Below, piece after piece: positions 9,100 to 18,506 of a stretch of 64,000 nt of DNA. The notes beneath the pieces were generated by a model, which had not been told where the DNA came from, did not search any database, and saw only the letters and a list, made by a program, of their open reading frames with translations. The translations under genes were made by a program, and so were the position numbers. Within the stretch, counting starts at the first letter, position 1, and each line of letters begins with the position of its first letter. Origin of the DNA: Candidatus Heimdallarchaeota archaeon (GTDB taxonomy: Archaea; Asgardarchaeota; Heimdallarchaeia; Heimdallarchaeales; Heimdallarchaeaceae); assembly GCA_021399345.1 (NCBI GenBank), contig JAAFKI010000175.1, positions 35,233 to 99,232 on the forward strand, written 5' to 3'.

Positions 9100-10608
9100 T
9101 TATTCTTTGTCATAAATTCCTTTGTATGGTGCTCTTTCACCTTTCATATACCTCTTATGAGGATCTTTGATAAACCATGCAATAAGAATACCTATTGAGA
9201 AAAGTACAAGTAAACTTGCAAGTGCAATTCTCATTGGAATGGCTTGTTCAACTATTTCTGGAGATTGGAAGTAAGGATCAGTAAGGAAAATCACTAAACC
9301 AAATAAAAGAGGAGATACAATTGCACTTACTCTTCCAGCTATTTTTTGGAAACCACCATATTGTGCAAGTTTTGAAGGTGGTGCAAGAACCATAATGAAT
9401 TGTCTTCCAACTATCCAAATTCCTCCAAAACCTATTCCAATGAATATCGCGCCAAACCATATTACCCAGGAAGGTATTGTGAATGCACCTACATCCAATC
9501 CACTTAGGACGAAAATGACTATCGCAATAAACCAGGACATGGCAACTCCTAGGAATAGTTTTTTTGGTCCTAATCTATTCATAAGTCTTCCAACAAGAAT
9601 ACCAAAGATTATAGAAAATACTATTCCTCCTAGAATAATATAGTTTGTCATTCCCTCAAGTGCGGGTCCACCCATAATTGAAACCACAGGTACCATATAG
9701 AGAATCGTTGTATTTGCAGCATCTGTGATGAAAAACCAAGCTAAGAAGAACAACCATGAATTTCTGTCGGAGATAATTTCTTTAAGCGAAGTTTTGAAAG
9801 CAGTTAATGATGATTTCAAATGCTCTCTTGGTGTCATCTTTTCCTCAGGAGGATTTTGTACCTCTTTATGGAAGAAGTAAGGAATGCTGATCAAAATTAT
9901 GACGACAGCTGATACTACAAATAAATATCTTAATCCGCCATAGTTTATAGTATTTGGATCAATAATTACTCCCCCTACTTCCCAGATTCCGGTATCTACT
10001 TGAGTATGTGGACCAAATAAGCTGGGAAGACCTATGACTATACTTATCATTATTGCAATTACTGAGCCAAAAGCTGCAAGTGCACCACCGATGGCCTGCA
10101 TAAAACCTCTCTTTTCTGTTTCAGCAATGAAAGGAATTTGAGCGTCATAAAACATTCGACCTGCTTGATAACAGAAATTTGCAATAACAAATAGGATACA
10201 TGCCCACCAAAAGTTTGCCCAAACTGTGATTAATGCGGTCGTGGTTACCATTATTCCTGCTGAAATAAGCACCGCTGGCTTTCTTTTCCCAACTTTATCT
10301 GAGATAGCACCCAAAATTGGTCCAAATATAGCAATCAAAAGATTTGAACCAGCCATAAATACAGACATTACAATAAATACTGTGGGGAACCTCCAACCCA
10401 TTTGGACACCCAATAACAAAACAAATGGAGTGAATGCTAAACTTATTACCGATTGTGAGAAGAAAGTATCAGCCATATCATAGCTATACCATAGCCAAGC
10501 ATTTCGTGAACTTGTCTGTTTTGATTCTAAAGCAGTTTCTCTAATATCATTTTTATCTATAACAACTTCTTCATGTGACAATTTTTTCACCTTAAATATG
10601 TCTCTCAA
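9100..10608 (-). CDS. MFS transporter, ATG22/UMF1-like
   Basis: About 12 TM; W..YD.A, GAISDKVGKRK, FYDA motifs. Confidence 0.85.
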   Translation of the reverse strand: MRDIFKVKKLSHEEVVIDKNDIRETALESKQTSSRNAWLWYSYDMADTFFSQSVISLAFTPFVLLLGVQMGWRFPTVFIVMSVFMAGSNLLIAIFGPILGAISDKVGKRKPAVLISAGIMVTTTALITVWANFWWACILFVIANFCYQAGRMFYDAQIPFIAETEKRGFMQAIGGALAAFGSVIAIMISIVIGLPSLFGPHTQVDTGIWEVGGVIIDPNTINYGGLRYLFVVSAVVIILISIPYFFHKEVQNPPEEKMTPREHLKSSLTAFKTSLKEIISDRNSWLFFLAWFFITDAANTTILYMVPVVSIMGGPALEGMTNYIILGGIVFSIIFGILVGRLMNRLGPKKLFLGVAMSWFIAIVIFVLSGLDVGAFTIPSWVIWFGAIFIGIGFGGIWIVGRQFIMVLAPPSKLAQYGGFQKIAGRVSAIVSPLLFGLVIFLTDPYFQSPEIVEQAIPMRIALASLLVLFSIGILIAWFIKDPHKRYMKGERAPYKGIYDKE

Positions 10609-10694
10609 AGGAGAATATTGTTCAATTTGTACTAGTTTATTTTAAAGATTCACCTAAAATGTAAGAAAAATCAATTTTTTCGAGCTTTTCATTC

Positions 10695-11701
10695 TTAACG
10701 ATGAAGTTTTTTCTCGAAATCCCTAAGAGAAGGAGGAAGTTCATCATTCACAGTTACTTTACTGAACTCTAATGTTACTAACCCCATTAATCTCTCTCTT
10801 TTGGATTCATCTGTCTTCATGAAGATGAATCGACTAAACGGCATTTCCGCAGCTATTTTTGGGTAAGTAATTTGATCATGGACTTTGTCTTGAGTGCCAT
10901 TGATAACAAACACTTCTTTTGTTATTCCAGAAATATTGCCAAAGAGTTCAAAATCTCTTACAGATTCTGCAGCTTTCTTCCATTTCCAAGGTTCTGCATT
11001 AGCTATAAAATTTTCAGCTCTCTTTCTTTGGATTTTCTCATTCATACCTCTCATTTGAAGTCTTCTAAGTACAGGTTTCATCATCCTAATAGCAAATACA
11101 GGTAGGAAAGGAGTTACGTATCTCAGAAACCATTTTGGAAACCATAGAGTATGCATAGGGTCATGAGTAATTACAGTAGGGGCATCAATAGTTCCATCTA
11201 TTAAACCATGTAAAACTATTGCTCCACCCCAACAAGTACCAAAGAGAACAAAGTCATCTTTATCTAATTCTAGGAAATTAATCACATCTCGAATATCTTT
11301 AGCTTTTTGACTCATATCCAATTTTGCTTTCTTTCTATCCAATTTACTACTTCTCTTCTCACGAGTTTCGACATAATAGCACTCAACCTTATCATGGATG
11401 ACTTCATAAAAATCCACATACCCCATTTCAGTTCCTCCCCAGCCAGGAACAAAAACTAAAGGACGTTTTGATATTGGATTGGCAGGTCTAAAATGATATA
11501 TTCGAATTTCCCCATCATCAACAGGAGCATAAGGATTTCAGTTGTACTACTCTCCCAAAAATCTGGAACATTTCTTTCAGTAGCTGTGAGCATCTCGTGA
11601 ACTTGTTGTTCTAATTCAGGAGTTATATCAAGCACAGATTGTTCCTTCTGTAGAGTTTCGTCAATTGGTTTCTCCATGTACTTTTTCTCGAAAACACTCA
11701 T
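10695..11701 (-). pseudogene. alpha/beta-hydrolase split by a single frameshift near 11530 (pseudogene or assembly error)
   Basis: ORF 11456-11701 reads to ...STTEI. The frame of ORF 10695-11426 is open upstream as YAPVDDGEIRIYHFRPANPISKRPLVFVPGWGGTE-MGYVDF. Nucleophile elbow GTCWGG. Confidence 0.8.
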
Positions 11702-11853
11702 TATTAAACTTGTTATTCACCTAAATTAATAAATAATATGACCAATCTGAAAAGTGTTCTAGATTACAAGGAAAAATAGTCTCCACCTTATTAGAAGAGT
11801 TAGTATCTTTGAAAATAACCTTGTTGTTTAGGTCACTTTCTGGTCAAGGGACC

Positions 11854-12333
11854 TTACTGCAAGGTTTTCTTCTTTCTAATAAATTTCATGACAAATATAG
11901 AACCGATTGCTATGATAAGAGAAGTAGCTAGAAGTATTAAGAAGAAAATAAAGTCAGCATCACTATTATTAAGAATTATTGAGTATTTATCGAGAATAAA
12001 GTAAACGCCAATTCCAATAGCAACAATTCCCAAAGCTGAAGACATGAAGACTAAGATATTCAAACTTCTTTTCTGACTATGTTGAGCACCATAATAAACA
12101 AATAAAGCACAAATTATTGGAATCGGAACTTCAAAAAACCAAACTCCATTAGGCATTTGCTTAAAGAAATCTTCAACAAAATCAAAAGCTGATTCCATGC
12201 TTGTAAGTAAAAGAAAAACCAATGTTACAGTATAAACAAGTGCTAAAACAGCTGAAATCCATGGAGGTGTTTTAATTTTGGGATTGGATTTTAGATTTTG
12301 TACTTCTTCTATACTCATATAGTTTTGCACCAC
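11854..12333 (-). CDS. hypothetical membrane protein (about 4 TM)
   Basis: Four hydrophobic segments, basic C-terminal tail. Confidence 0.65.
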   Translation of the reverse strand: MVQNYMSIEEVQNLKSNPKIKTPPWISAVLALVYTVTLVFLLLTSMESAFDFVEDFFKQMPNGVWFFEVPIPIICALFVYYGAQHSQKRSLNILVFMSSALGIVAIGIGVYFILDKYSIILNNSDADFIFFLILLATSLIIAIGSIFVMKFIRKKKTLQ

Positions 12334-12436
12334 TATTAGATTGAAGTGAGTTGCATTAAATAAATTCTTGGTGTGAGATGTTGTCTCATCATTATGTATA
12401 TAAAATGCAAGGTAAGGTTAAACTTCGGAGATTTAA

Positions 12437-12910
12437 ATGACTAAAGCAAGAGTTGAAACTAACAAGGGAACTTTTACAATAGAATTCTTTGATGACCAAA
12501 CACCTAATACTGTCAAGAACATTGTTTCATTGGCACAATCAGGTTTCTATAATGGAGTTAAATTCCATAGAGTTATACCAGATTTTGTTGTTCAAGGAGG
12601 AGATCCTACAGGAACAGGTGGAGGTGGACCTGGATACCAAATCGCTGATGAGGTAAATAATCCAGTACAAATACATGTTCTAGGAGCTCTAAGTATGGCC
12701 AATTCTGGACCAAATACAAATGGATCACAGTTTTTTATTGTGTTGAATCCTAATAGTTGTAAGCACTTGAATAACAAACATACTGTTTTTGGTAAAGTTG
12801 TTGATGGAATGAATGTGGTTAATAGGATAAATCAAGGAGATCATATGATCAAAGTAACAGTTGAGGAAGAATCAGATTTAATCAAGAACCATCAACTCAA
12901 GAAACTATAG
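12437..12910 (+). CDS. cyclophilin-type peptidyl-prolyl isomerase
   Basis: FYNG..FHRVIPDFVVQGGDPTGTG.GGPGY, LSMANSGPNTNGSQFFI, HTVFGKV. Confidence 0.96.
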   Translation: MTKARVETNKGTFTIEFFDDQTPNTVKNIVSLAQSGFYNGVKFHRVIPDFVVQGGDPTGTGGGGPGYQIADEVNNPVQIHVLGALSMANSGPNTNGSQFFIVLNPNSCKHLNNKHTVFGKVVDGMNVVNRINQGDHMIKVTVEEESDLIKNHQLKKL

Positions 12911-12991
12911 TAAGGTCAAAAAGCCAATTAATTATTTTTCTTATTCTATTTTTTATTTTTCAAATTAGTAAAATGATGATAAAAGAGAAAA

Positions 12992-13105
12992 TGGTGGCTT
13001 GAGGGGGTCTCGATCCCCCGACTTCGAGATAGCTCATCTTCGACATTCTAGCCCTTATTATACAAGATTATGAGTCTCGCACTCTGCCGACTGAGTTACC
13101 AAGCC
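12992..13105 (-). tRNA. tRNA with CAT anticodon (elongator Met or Ile2), 38-nt intron at 37/38, encoded CCA
   Basis: Acceptor GGCTTGG/TCAAGCC-A-CCA, anticodon stem CGAGA/TCTCG, T-stem GGGGG/CCCCC; intron at 13031-13068. Confidence 0.93.
13031..13068 (-). other. tRNA intron with canonical bulge-helix-bulge
   Basis: CGAGA-CTCA-TA^A-TCTT ... AAGA-TGAG-CT^A-TCTCG: 4-bp central helix CTCA/TGAG with two 3-nt bulges. Confidence 0.92.
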
Positions 13106-13211
13106 TTTTCTAAAATCTGAACATGAAGTCTTATTTTTAATTCTTTTGTTCTTAATCATGCTTGAAATTCAGTGGAATGTTTATCATATTACTTAAGCTA
13201 TAATTAAAACT

Positions 13212-13460
13212 ATGTCGAGACGAAAATCAAAGGTTTATACTGATGAAAAAGGATACAAAAAATATAGTAATAGCAGCAAGCCGGTTCACAGACATCTTGC
13301 CGAGAAAAAATTGGGAAGAAAATTAGAACCCGGAGAGGTAGTGCATCACAAGAATAGAAATAAGCAAGATAATCGAAGAAGTAACTTATGGGTATTTAGA
13401 AGCCAGAAGGAGCATGACAGAGCACACAGAAAAGACAAGAAAAAATATGGTAGATGGTAA
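13212..13460 (+). CDS. small stand-alone HNH endonuclease (HNH_3-like)
   Basis: VHRHLAE..LGR.L..GEVVHHKNRNKQDNRRSNL....EH..H. Confidence 0.88.
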   Translation: MSRRKSKVYTDEKGYKKYSNSSKPVHRHLAEKKLGRKLEPGEVVHHKNRNKQDNRRSNLWVFRSQKEHDRAHRKDKKKYGRW

Positions 13461-13536
13461 AATATAACAATTGTTCCTGCTATAATGCAAAGTCCATTAG
13501 AATATTTCCTATATTACTTTTCAATAATACTTAAAC

Positions 13537-13791
13537 ATGCCAAAGGAAGGATATACTACAGGGAAGGAATCTAAAATCGTTAAAGACCAGGGTGTGAGTG
13601 ACTACTATGTCATTGTCACTCGTGTTGAAAGAAGAGACTATCACTATAGAGTTAATGCAATCAATGAAGAACAAGCTATAGAATTTGCAGTTGATGAATA
13701 TAATCCTATAACTGAAAAAGATATCATCTCACTTGAAGATCAATTTGTTGAAACACTTGATTGGGAAGCTAGAGTGGAAGAAAATCTCTAA
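13537..13791 (+). CDS. hypothetical acidic protein
   Basis: 84-aa ATG ORF filling an intergenic gap; no motif recognised. Confidence 0.6.
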   Translation: MPKEGYTTGKESKIVKDQGVSDYYVIVTRVERRDYHYRVNAINEEQAIEFAVDEYNPITEKDIISLEDQFVETLDWEARVEENL

Positions 13792-13808
13792 AAAACAAAT
13801 TTCATTAA

Positions 13809-13991
13809 TCATAACCATTTATTCAAAACTTCTTCTGCTCCTTGTAACAAATCCCCGAGCACTTTTCTATCTTCATTTTCTTCTAGTTCTACCTTTCTAT
13901 TCTCCAGCCATCTAAAGAGAGTAGCACTTAGCTGTTCCTCGAGTTCAGATATAATTCCAAACTTAATTCCATAGTCTGATTCTTCTGCCAT
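13809..13991 (-). CDS. hypothetical small helical protein (60 aa)
   Basis: Probable start ATG 13991 (MAEESDYG); the upstream ORF extension looks like AT-rich promoter sequence. Confidence 0.55.
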   Translation of the reverse strand: MAEESDYGIKFGIISELEEQLSATLFRWLENRKVELEENEDRKVLGDLLQGAEEVLNKWL

Positions 13992-14153
13992 TATACTCAA
14001 CAAGTATTTTTTCAATATATTCTCTTGTAATTCCCCGGTAGTATTAGGAAATAACGTTATTATTATCAAATAATTAATGGTGAAATTGGTTAACAAAGAC
14101 AAAATTTGCAATTTTTAGACTAAAATAAATAAAATAAAAATAGTAAAGGGCTA

Positions 14154-14828
14154 CTAATTTTGTTCTTTGTCCGCTGCTTGCGCTTCATCTACCTGTTCTT
14201 CGCCCTCTTGCACTTCATCTACTTGTTCTTCGCCCTCTTGCACTTCATCTACTTGTTTTTTGCTCTTTTGCACTACTTTTAAGAATTGTTTACCAGTCTT
14301 CTGCATTTCTTTTACGAGTTCTTCGCCTTTGCCTATCTTGTATTTGCATGGAGTTGGAAATCGATCTGCTCCTCTTTTTAATGCATCGAGAGTTATATAG
14401 TAGTTTTCAACAGAAGTTCTAACAGTAACTAGTTCTTGTCCCTCTTTTACTCTTGCAGCTCTATCTGTTGGTTTTCCAAAAGATTTTCTCATTCCATCTT
14501 GAATTCTATCAGCACCTGCTACTGCCATCATTTTATTTTCTCTTAGAATGTGATGTGGATGTATTCTAATTGTCATGTGATAGTTTTCAACTCCTAAGTG
14601 TCTTTGAAGGTGCCTATTAACTGCGATTCTTGTAGCTTCTAGAGCAGTATGTCTAATCTGACATTTATCCTTTGAAACAAGATGAACATGTAAAGGAAAA
14701 TCCCCTTGTCTATTTCCAGAATCATATGCCCTGATTCTTGAGTCAGGTACTCCTCTAACATACTTTCCGACTCTTGTATTTGCCGGCCCTCTTACTCTTG
14801 TATAGCATCTCGCTGGTCTTTTACCCAT
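14154..14828 (-). CDS. rpl10e: 50S ribosomal protein uL16 (L10e) with acidic repeat tail
   Basis: MGKRPARCY, QIRHTALEATR, HPHHILRENKM..AGADRIQDGMR.SFGKP. Confidence 0.97.
   Translation of the reverse strand: MGKRPARCYTRVRGPANTRVGKYVRGVPDSRIRAYDSGNRQGDFPLHVHLVSKDKCQIRHTALEATRIAVNRHLQRHLGVENYHMTIRIHPHHILRENKMMAVAGADRIQDGMRKSFGKPTDRAARVKEGQELVTVRTSVENYYITLDALKRGADRFPTPCKYKIGKGEELVKEMQKTGKQFLKVVQKSKKQVDEVQEGEEQVDEVQEGEEQVDEAQAADKEQN
14183..14258. repeat. in-frame 30-bp tandem repeat (about 2.5 copies) encoding EQVDEVQEGE
   Basis: cttcatctacYtgttcttcgccctcttgca at 14183 and 14213, partial copy at 14243. Confidence 0.92.
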
Positions 14829-14844
14829 TTTTTTCAACCTTACC

Positions 14845-15414
14845 TTATCTAGCTGATAGAGCAATTCTCTCTATCTCTTGTTTCTTCTTAACTGCTGCGC
14901 TAGCTTGATCGCCAGTTGCTGCAACTATTAATTCCTCAGCAACAACTTCTTCAACACTTTTGATATTGTTGAAACTCTTTTGTTTTATCGCATTAGCCAT
15001 GAATCGTAATGATAAGTCAACCCTTCTCAGTGGTGATACATCAACTGCTATATGTTGTGCTACTCCACCATAAGTTAAACGAGTTGTTTCTTCTCTTGGT
15101 GCTACATTACAAATTGCATCTATAAGAACTTGAACAGGATTCTTCCCAGTTCTTTCGTGTATAATCTCAAATGCAACTCTAACAATGTTTATTGCTCTTT
15201 GCTTCTTTCCAGCATTCTTTCCTTTTTTCATTAATTTGTTAATGAATCTTTCAACGATATTCATTTCTGCTTTTTTGAAACGTTGAACTTGGTATCTTCC
15301 ACCAGAATGAGGGAAATATACTGGTTTAAGAGAGATGTATCTTTTTAACCCTACGTCAGATACCTCTACTTCACTTAAATCCCATTTACCGAAGAGCTTA
15401 ATTTCGTCACTCAT
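14845..15414 (-). CDS. rps7: 30S ribosomal protein uS7
   Basis: KLFGKW, PHSGGRY, NPVQVL..AI.N.APREE, VDVSPLRRVD, ERIALSAR. Confidence 0.97.
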   Translation of the reverse strand: MSDEIKLFGKWDLSEVEVSDVGLKRYISLKPVYFPHSGGRYQVQRFKKAEMNIVERFINKLMKKGKNAGKKQRAINIVRVAFEIIHERTGKNPVQVLIDAICNVAPREETTRLTYGGVAQHIAVDVSPLRRVDLSLRFMANAIKQKSFNNIKSVEEVVAEELIVAATGDQASAAVKKKQEIERIALSAR

Positions 15415-15539
15415 TTTGAATCCTCTTCAACTAATTTAGCAAGCCAAGTTTCGTTTAAAAATCTAATGTTGGAAGACAGAATACACTAAAGCAGTAATAG
15501 TTAAAGAATAAAAAAGAAGAAATCCCTCCTTAAATTCAT

Positions 15540-16589
15540 CTATACTTTTAATTTCATCATTACCCAGGGAGCAAGAAGAATAACTAATGGACCAAGAATT
15601 GCGTATCCTATCAAATCAAGTGTCAATTCTATTCCATTCCATCCAACATTAATAATTATTAAACCAAATAATTCAGATAAGCTGAAATAGAAAGCAGCAA
15701 AGAAGGCAGCACCTATTAAGATTCTTGCAAGATACTTCCACCATTTGTCAATATCTGTATGAAAATTCACTAATTTACCTTCTATTGCATAGGATATAGA
15801 AACTGTTGTGAAGAGGGTTATCAGTTTCAAAGATTCAGATATAAGCTCAGAATCATTTTCAACTCTATTGTATTGGAGGAAAATTACAGGTACTGCGAAA
15901 ACAATGAACATTGCGATACAAAGAAGTATTTTAACAAATGTTGTTCTAGAATCTATAAAATTTTCAACTGGATCTTTGATAAGAAGGTATACTGCTAGGA
16001 TTATTAACGCTATTCCAAGTCCCATAATCACATCTGTAAACCAATGTTCTCTGAGAGCAATTCTAGAAAAACCGATTAGAAATGCAAAAATTAATCCAAC
16101 CACAACCATCCACCATTTTCTGATAAGAATCATCAAAGAACCCCAGAAAGTCGTACTCATCTGAGTATGACCACTTGGTATTCCTGATGAAATTTCATCA
16201 GCAGGTTGAAATAATGTTTCTTCCGGATTATGACCATATTGTAAACTTGTTTCTGGTCTATCTAAATTAAACGCAGCTTTAGTTGAAACGTTTATTACTG
16301 TTGAAGTTACCAACAAAATCATTGCCCTGTAAGTCTTCTTTTTGTCATATAGATAATAAAATAGAAGCAAAATCCCAATATAAACTAAAGCTTCCCCAAG
16401 AAAGGAAATGATGTACATAATCCCCCCAAATACTTTACTTCTATTGTTATAGAAGAAATTAGTTAGAGATTCATCAACAGGATTATTATGAGTTAAAGGG
16501 TTGAAACTGTATACTATGGTAATTGCCGCTACAATAGAAGCAACACCTATAGAAATCAAAGTAATAGCAATTACGTTACGTTTTTTCAT
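15540..16589 (-). CDS. PAP2-family membrane phosphatase
   Basis: K......RP, PSGH, SRIAL.EH...DV; multiple TM segments. Confidence 0.9.
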   Translation of the reverse strand: MKKRNVIAITLISIGVASIVAAITIVYSFNPLTHNNPVDESLTNFFYNNRSKVFGGIMYIISFLGEALVYIGILLLFYYLYDKKKTYRAMILLVTSTVINVSTKAAFNLDRPETSLQYGHNPEETLFQPADEISSGIPSGHTQMSTTFWGSLMILIRKWWMVVVGLIFAFLIGFSRIALREHWFTDVIMGLGIALIILAVYLLIKDPVENFIDSRTTFVKILLCIAMFIVFAVPVIFLQYNRVENDSELISESLKLITLFTTVSISYAIEGKLVNFHTDIDKWWKYLARILIGAAFFAAFYFSLSELFGLIIINVGWNGIELTLDLIGYAILGPLVILLAPWVMMKLKV

Positions 16590-16855
16590 AATTGCACAGT
16601 TTGATTACAGAAATAATTAAACCCTTTGTGATAAGTTTTCTTCTACATAGCGCATTATTTTCGTATTATTTATGTGGTATTGTTTCAGACATGATCTATA
16701 GAATTCCCTTTCTCAAAGATTCTCATCTTTTTTTCACAACCTACTTGGAATGGCAATTTGAATAATATATTTTATCACTCACCCTATCAAATTGAAACTA
16801 TAATTATTGGGAAAAAATAAAATAGGATTAACAGAAGTACAGAGCTGTGATCAAA

Positions 16856-17623
16856 ATGGGTATGTATAAAGATCTTGAAGGGAAAAGAGTTGTTGTTACT
16901 GGGGGGGCCAGTGGTATTGGATTGGCAACTGCCCAACGATTTGTTAATGAAGGTTCAAAGGTTGTTATCATTGATTGGAATAAAGAAGAGTTAACCAAAG
17001 TTTTATCTCTTATTCCTGAACTCAAAGGAGGGGAGTATGCTGATGTCAGTAATCCAGAAGATGTTAAACTTGCGTTTGAAAAAATAGATGAAATTCTGGG
17101 AGGTATTGATATTCTAATTTCAAATGCAGGAATAAGTTATCGCAACTCATTTTTGAAGATTGATTATGAACAATGGTCCAAAGTTCTTCGTGTAAATTTA
17201 GATGGGATGTTCCTTTGTTCCAAAGAAGCAATAACAAGAATGAAAAAACAACAATCAGGAGTTGTTTTGCTAACCGCTTCCACTAATGGAATTGAAGGAC
17301 ATCCTCTATATGCTGATTATAATAGTTCAAAGGCAGGAGTTATCCTCCTAACCAAATCGTTAGCTCTAGAATTTGCTCCATGGTTACGAGTAAATGCCAT
17401 CTGTCCAGGTTATGTTCTTACGCCAATGCAAAAAGCAGAATATACACCTGAAATGTTGGAAGTGGTTAATTCAAAAATACCTTTGAACCGTCATGCAGCC
17501 CCAGAGGAAGTAGCTAATTTATTCGCATTTTTATCCTCATCAGAAGCCGCATATATTACAGGACAATCAATAGCTATTGATGGTGGAGAAACAGCAGGAC
17601 CATATACACCGCTAGACGAGTAA
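16856..17623 (+). CDS. short-chain dehydrogenase/reductase
   Basis: TGGASGIG, NAG, YNSSK, RVNAICPG. Confidence 0.93.
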   Translation: MGMYKDLEGKRVVVTGGASGIGLATAQRFVNEGSKVVIIDWNKEELTKVLSLIPELKGGEYADVSNPEDVKLAFEKIDEILGGIDILISNAGISYRNSFLKIDYEQWSKVLRVNLDGMFLCSKEAITRMKKQQSGVVLLTASTNGIEGHPLYADYNSSKAGVILLTKSLALEFAPWLRVNAICPGYVLTPMQKAEYTPEMLEVVNSKIPLNRHAAPEEVANLFAFLSSSEAAYITGQSIAIDGGETAGPYTPLDE

Positions 17624-17665
17624 TTTAGTAAATTATTGGATAAAAGCAAAAAGGAAGTAAAACTC

Positions 17666-18457
17666 ATGAACAATAAAAACAATCGGATTTCAAACATGGT
17701 TTCTTTGGAGGGTAAAATTGCACTTATTACAGGTGCAGCATCTGGCATCGGGTTAGCAACTGCAAAATTACTTGCAGAAGCAGGTGCTATTGTGGCATTA
17801 CTTGACATTAATGAAATGGATGGTATTAATGCTGCTAATCAGATTAAGGAGTCAGGAGGAAAAGCTAAGTTCTTCTTATGTGATGTAACTTCTGATTCTG
17901 ATTGTAAGAAAACTGTTGAAACAATTCATGAAGAATATGGGAAACTTAATATTCTTTTCAACAACGCAGGTGTGATTCGTCGAAAAACTGTTCTAAATTT
18001 AGAGGAAGAAGATTGGGATTTAACAATTGATGTTAACTTGAAGTCGATTTATTTGCTTTCTCGGCAGGTTATCCCTATTATGATTAAAGGTAACGGGGGG
18101 AGTATTATCAACAATGGATCTGGCTGGGGTATAAAAGGCGGATCTGATGCAGTGGCTTACTGTGCAGCAAAAGGAGGTGTTGTAAATATGACTCGAGCTA
18201 TGGCAATTGATCATGGTAAACATGGGATCAGAGTCAACTGTGTATGCCCTGGGGATATTGATACTCCACTCTTGCGAGGAGAAGCAAAACAATTAGGTGT
18301 TGATGATGAAGAGTTCATGCGAGAAGCTGCTGATCGACCTCTTAATCGTGTAGGTAAACCATTAGACGTAGCTAAAACAGTTCTCTATCTTGCTAGTGAC
18401 CTTTCAAGCTGGGTAACTGGTACTTCCATAATTGTTGATGGTGGGGGTTTAGCTTAA
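17666..18457 (+). CDS. short-chain dehydrogenase/reductase
   Basis: TGAASGIG, NNAG, YCAAK, RVNCVCPG; start is ATG 17666 or 17696. Confidence 0.93.
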   Translation: MNNKNNRISNMVSLEGKIALITGAASGIGLATAKLLAEAGAIVALLDINEMDGINAANQIKESGGKAKFFLCDVTSDSDCKKTVETIHEEYGKLNILFNNAGVIRRKTVLNLEEEDWDLTIDVNLKSIYLLSRQVIPIMIKGNGGSIINNGSGWGIKGGSDAVAYCAAKGGVVNMTRAMAIDHGKHGIRVNCVCPGDIDTPLLRGEAKQLGVDDEEFMREAADRPLNRVGKPLDVAKTVLYLASDLSSWVTGTSIIVDGGGLA

Positions 18458-18506
18458 TTTGAATTTCAAAAAAATCACATACTCGTTTATGTTGGAGGTA
18501 TAATTT

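Noticed and set aside
11520-11545. Programmed ribosomal frameshift in the hydrolase
   Set aside because: No X-XXY-YYZ slippery site or obvious stimulator at the junction; a simple deletion or assembly error is more likely.
12971-12990. C/D-box sRNA candidates from ATGATGA motifs (also near 6244, 48858 and 63597)
   Set aside because: No properly spaced CTGA D box or terminal stem was found.
13031-13460. HNH as an intron-encoded homing endonuclease of the tRNA
   Set aside because: The intron is only 38 nt, and the HNH gene lies outside the tRNA on the opposite strand.
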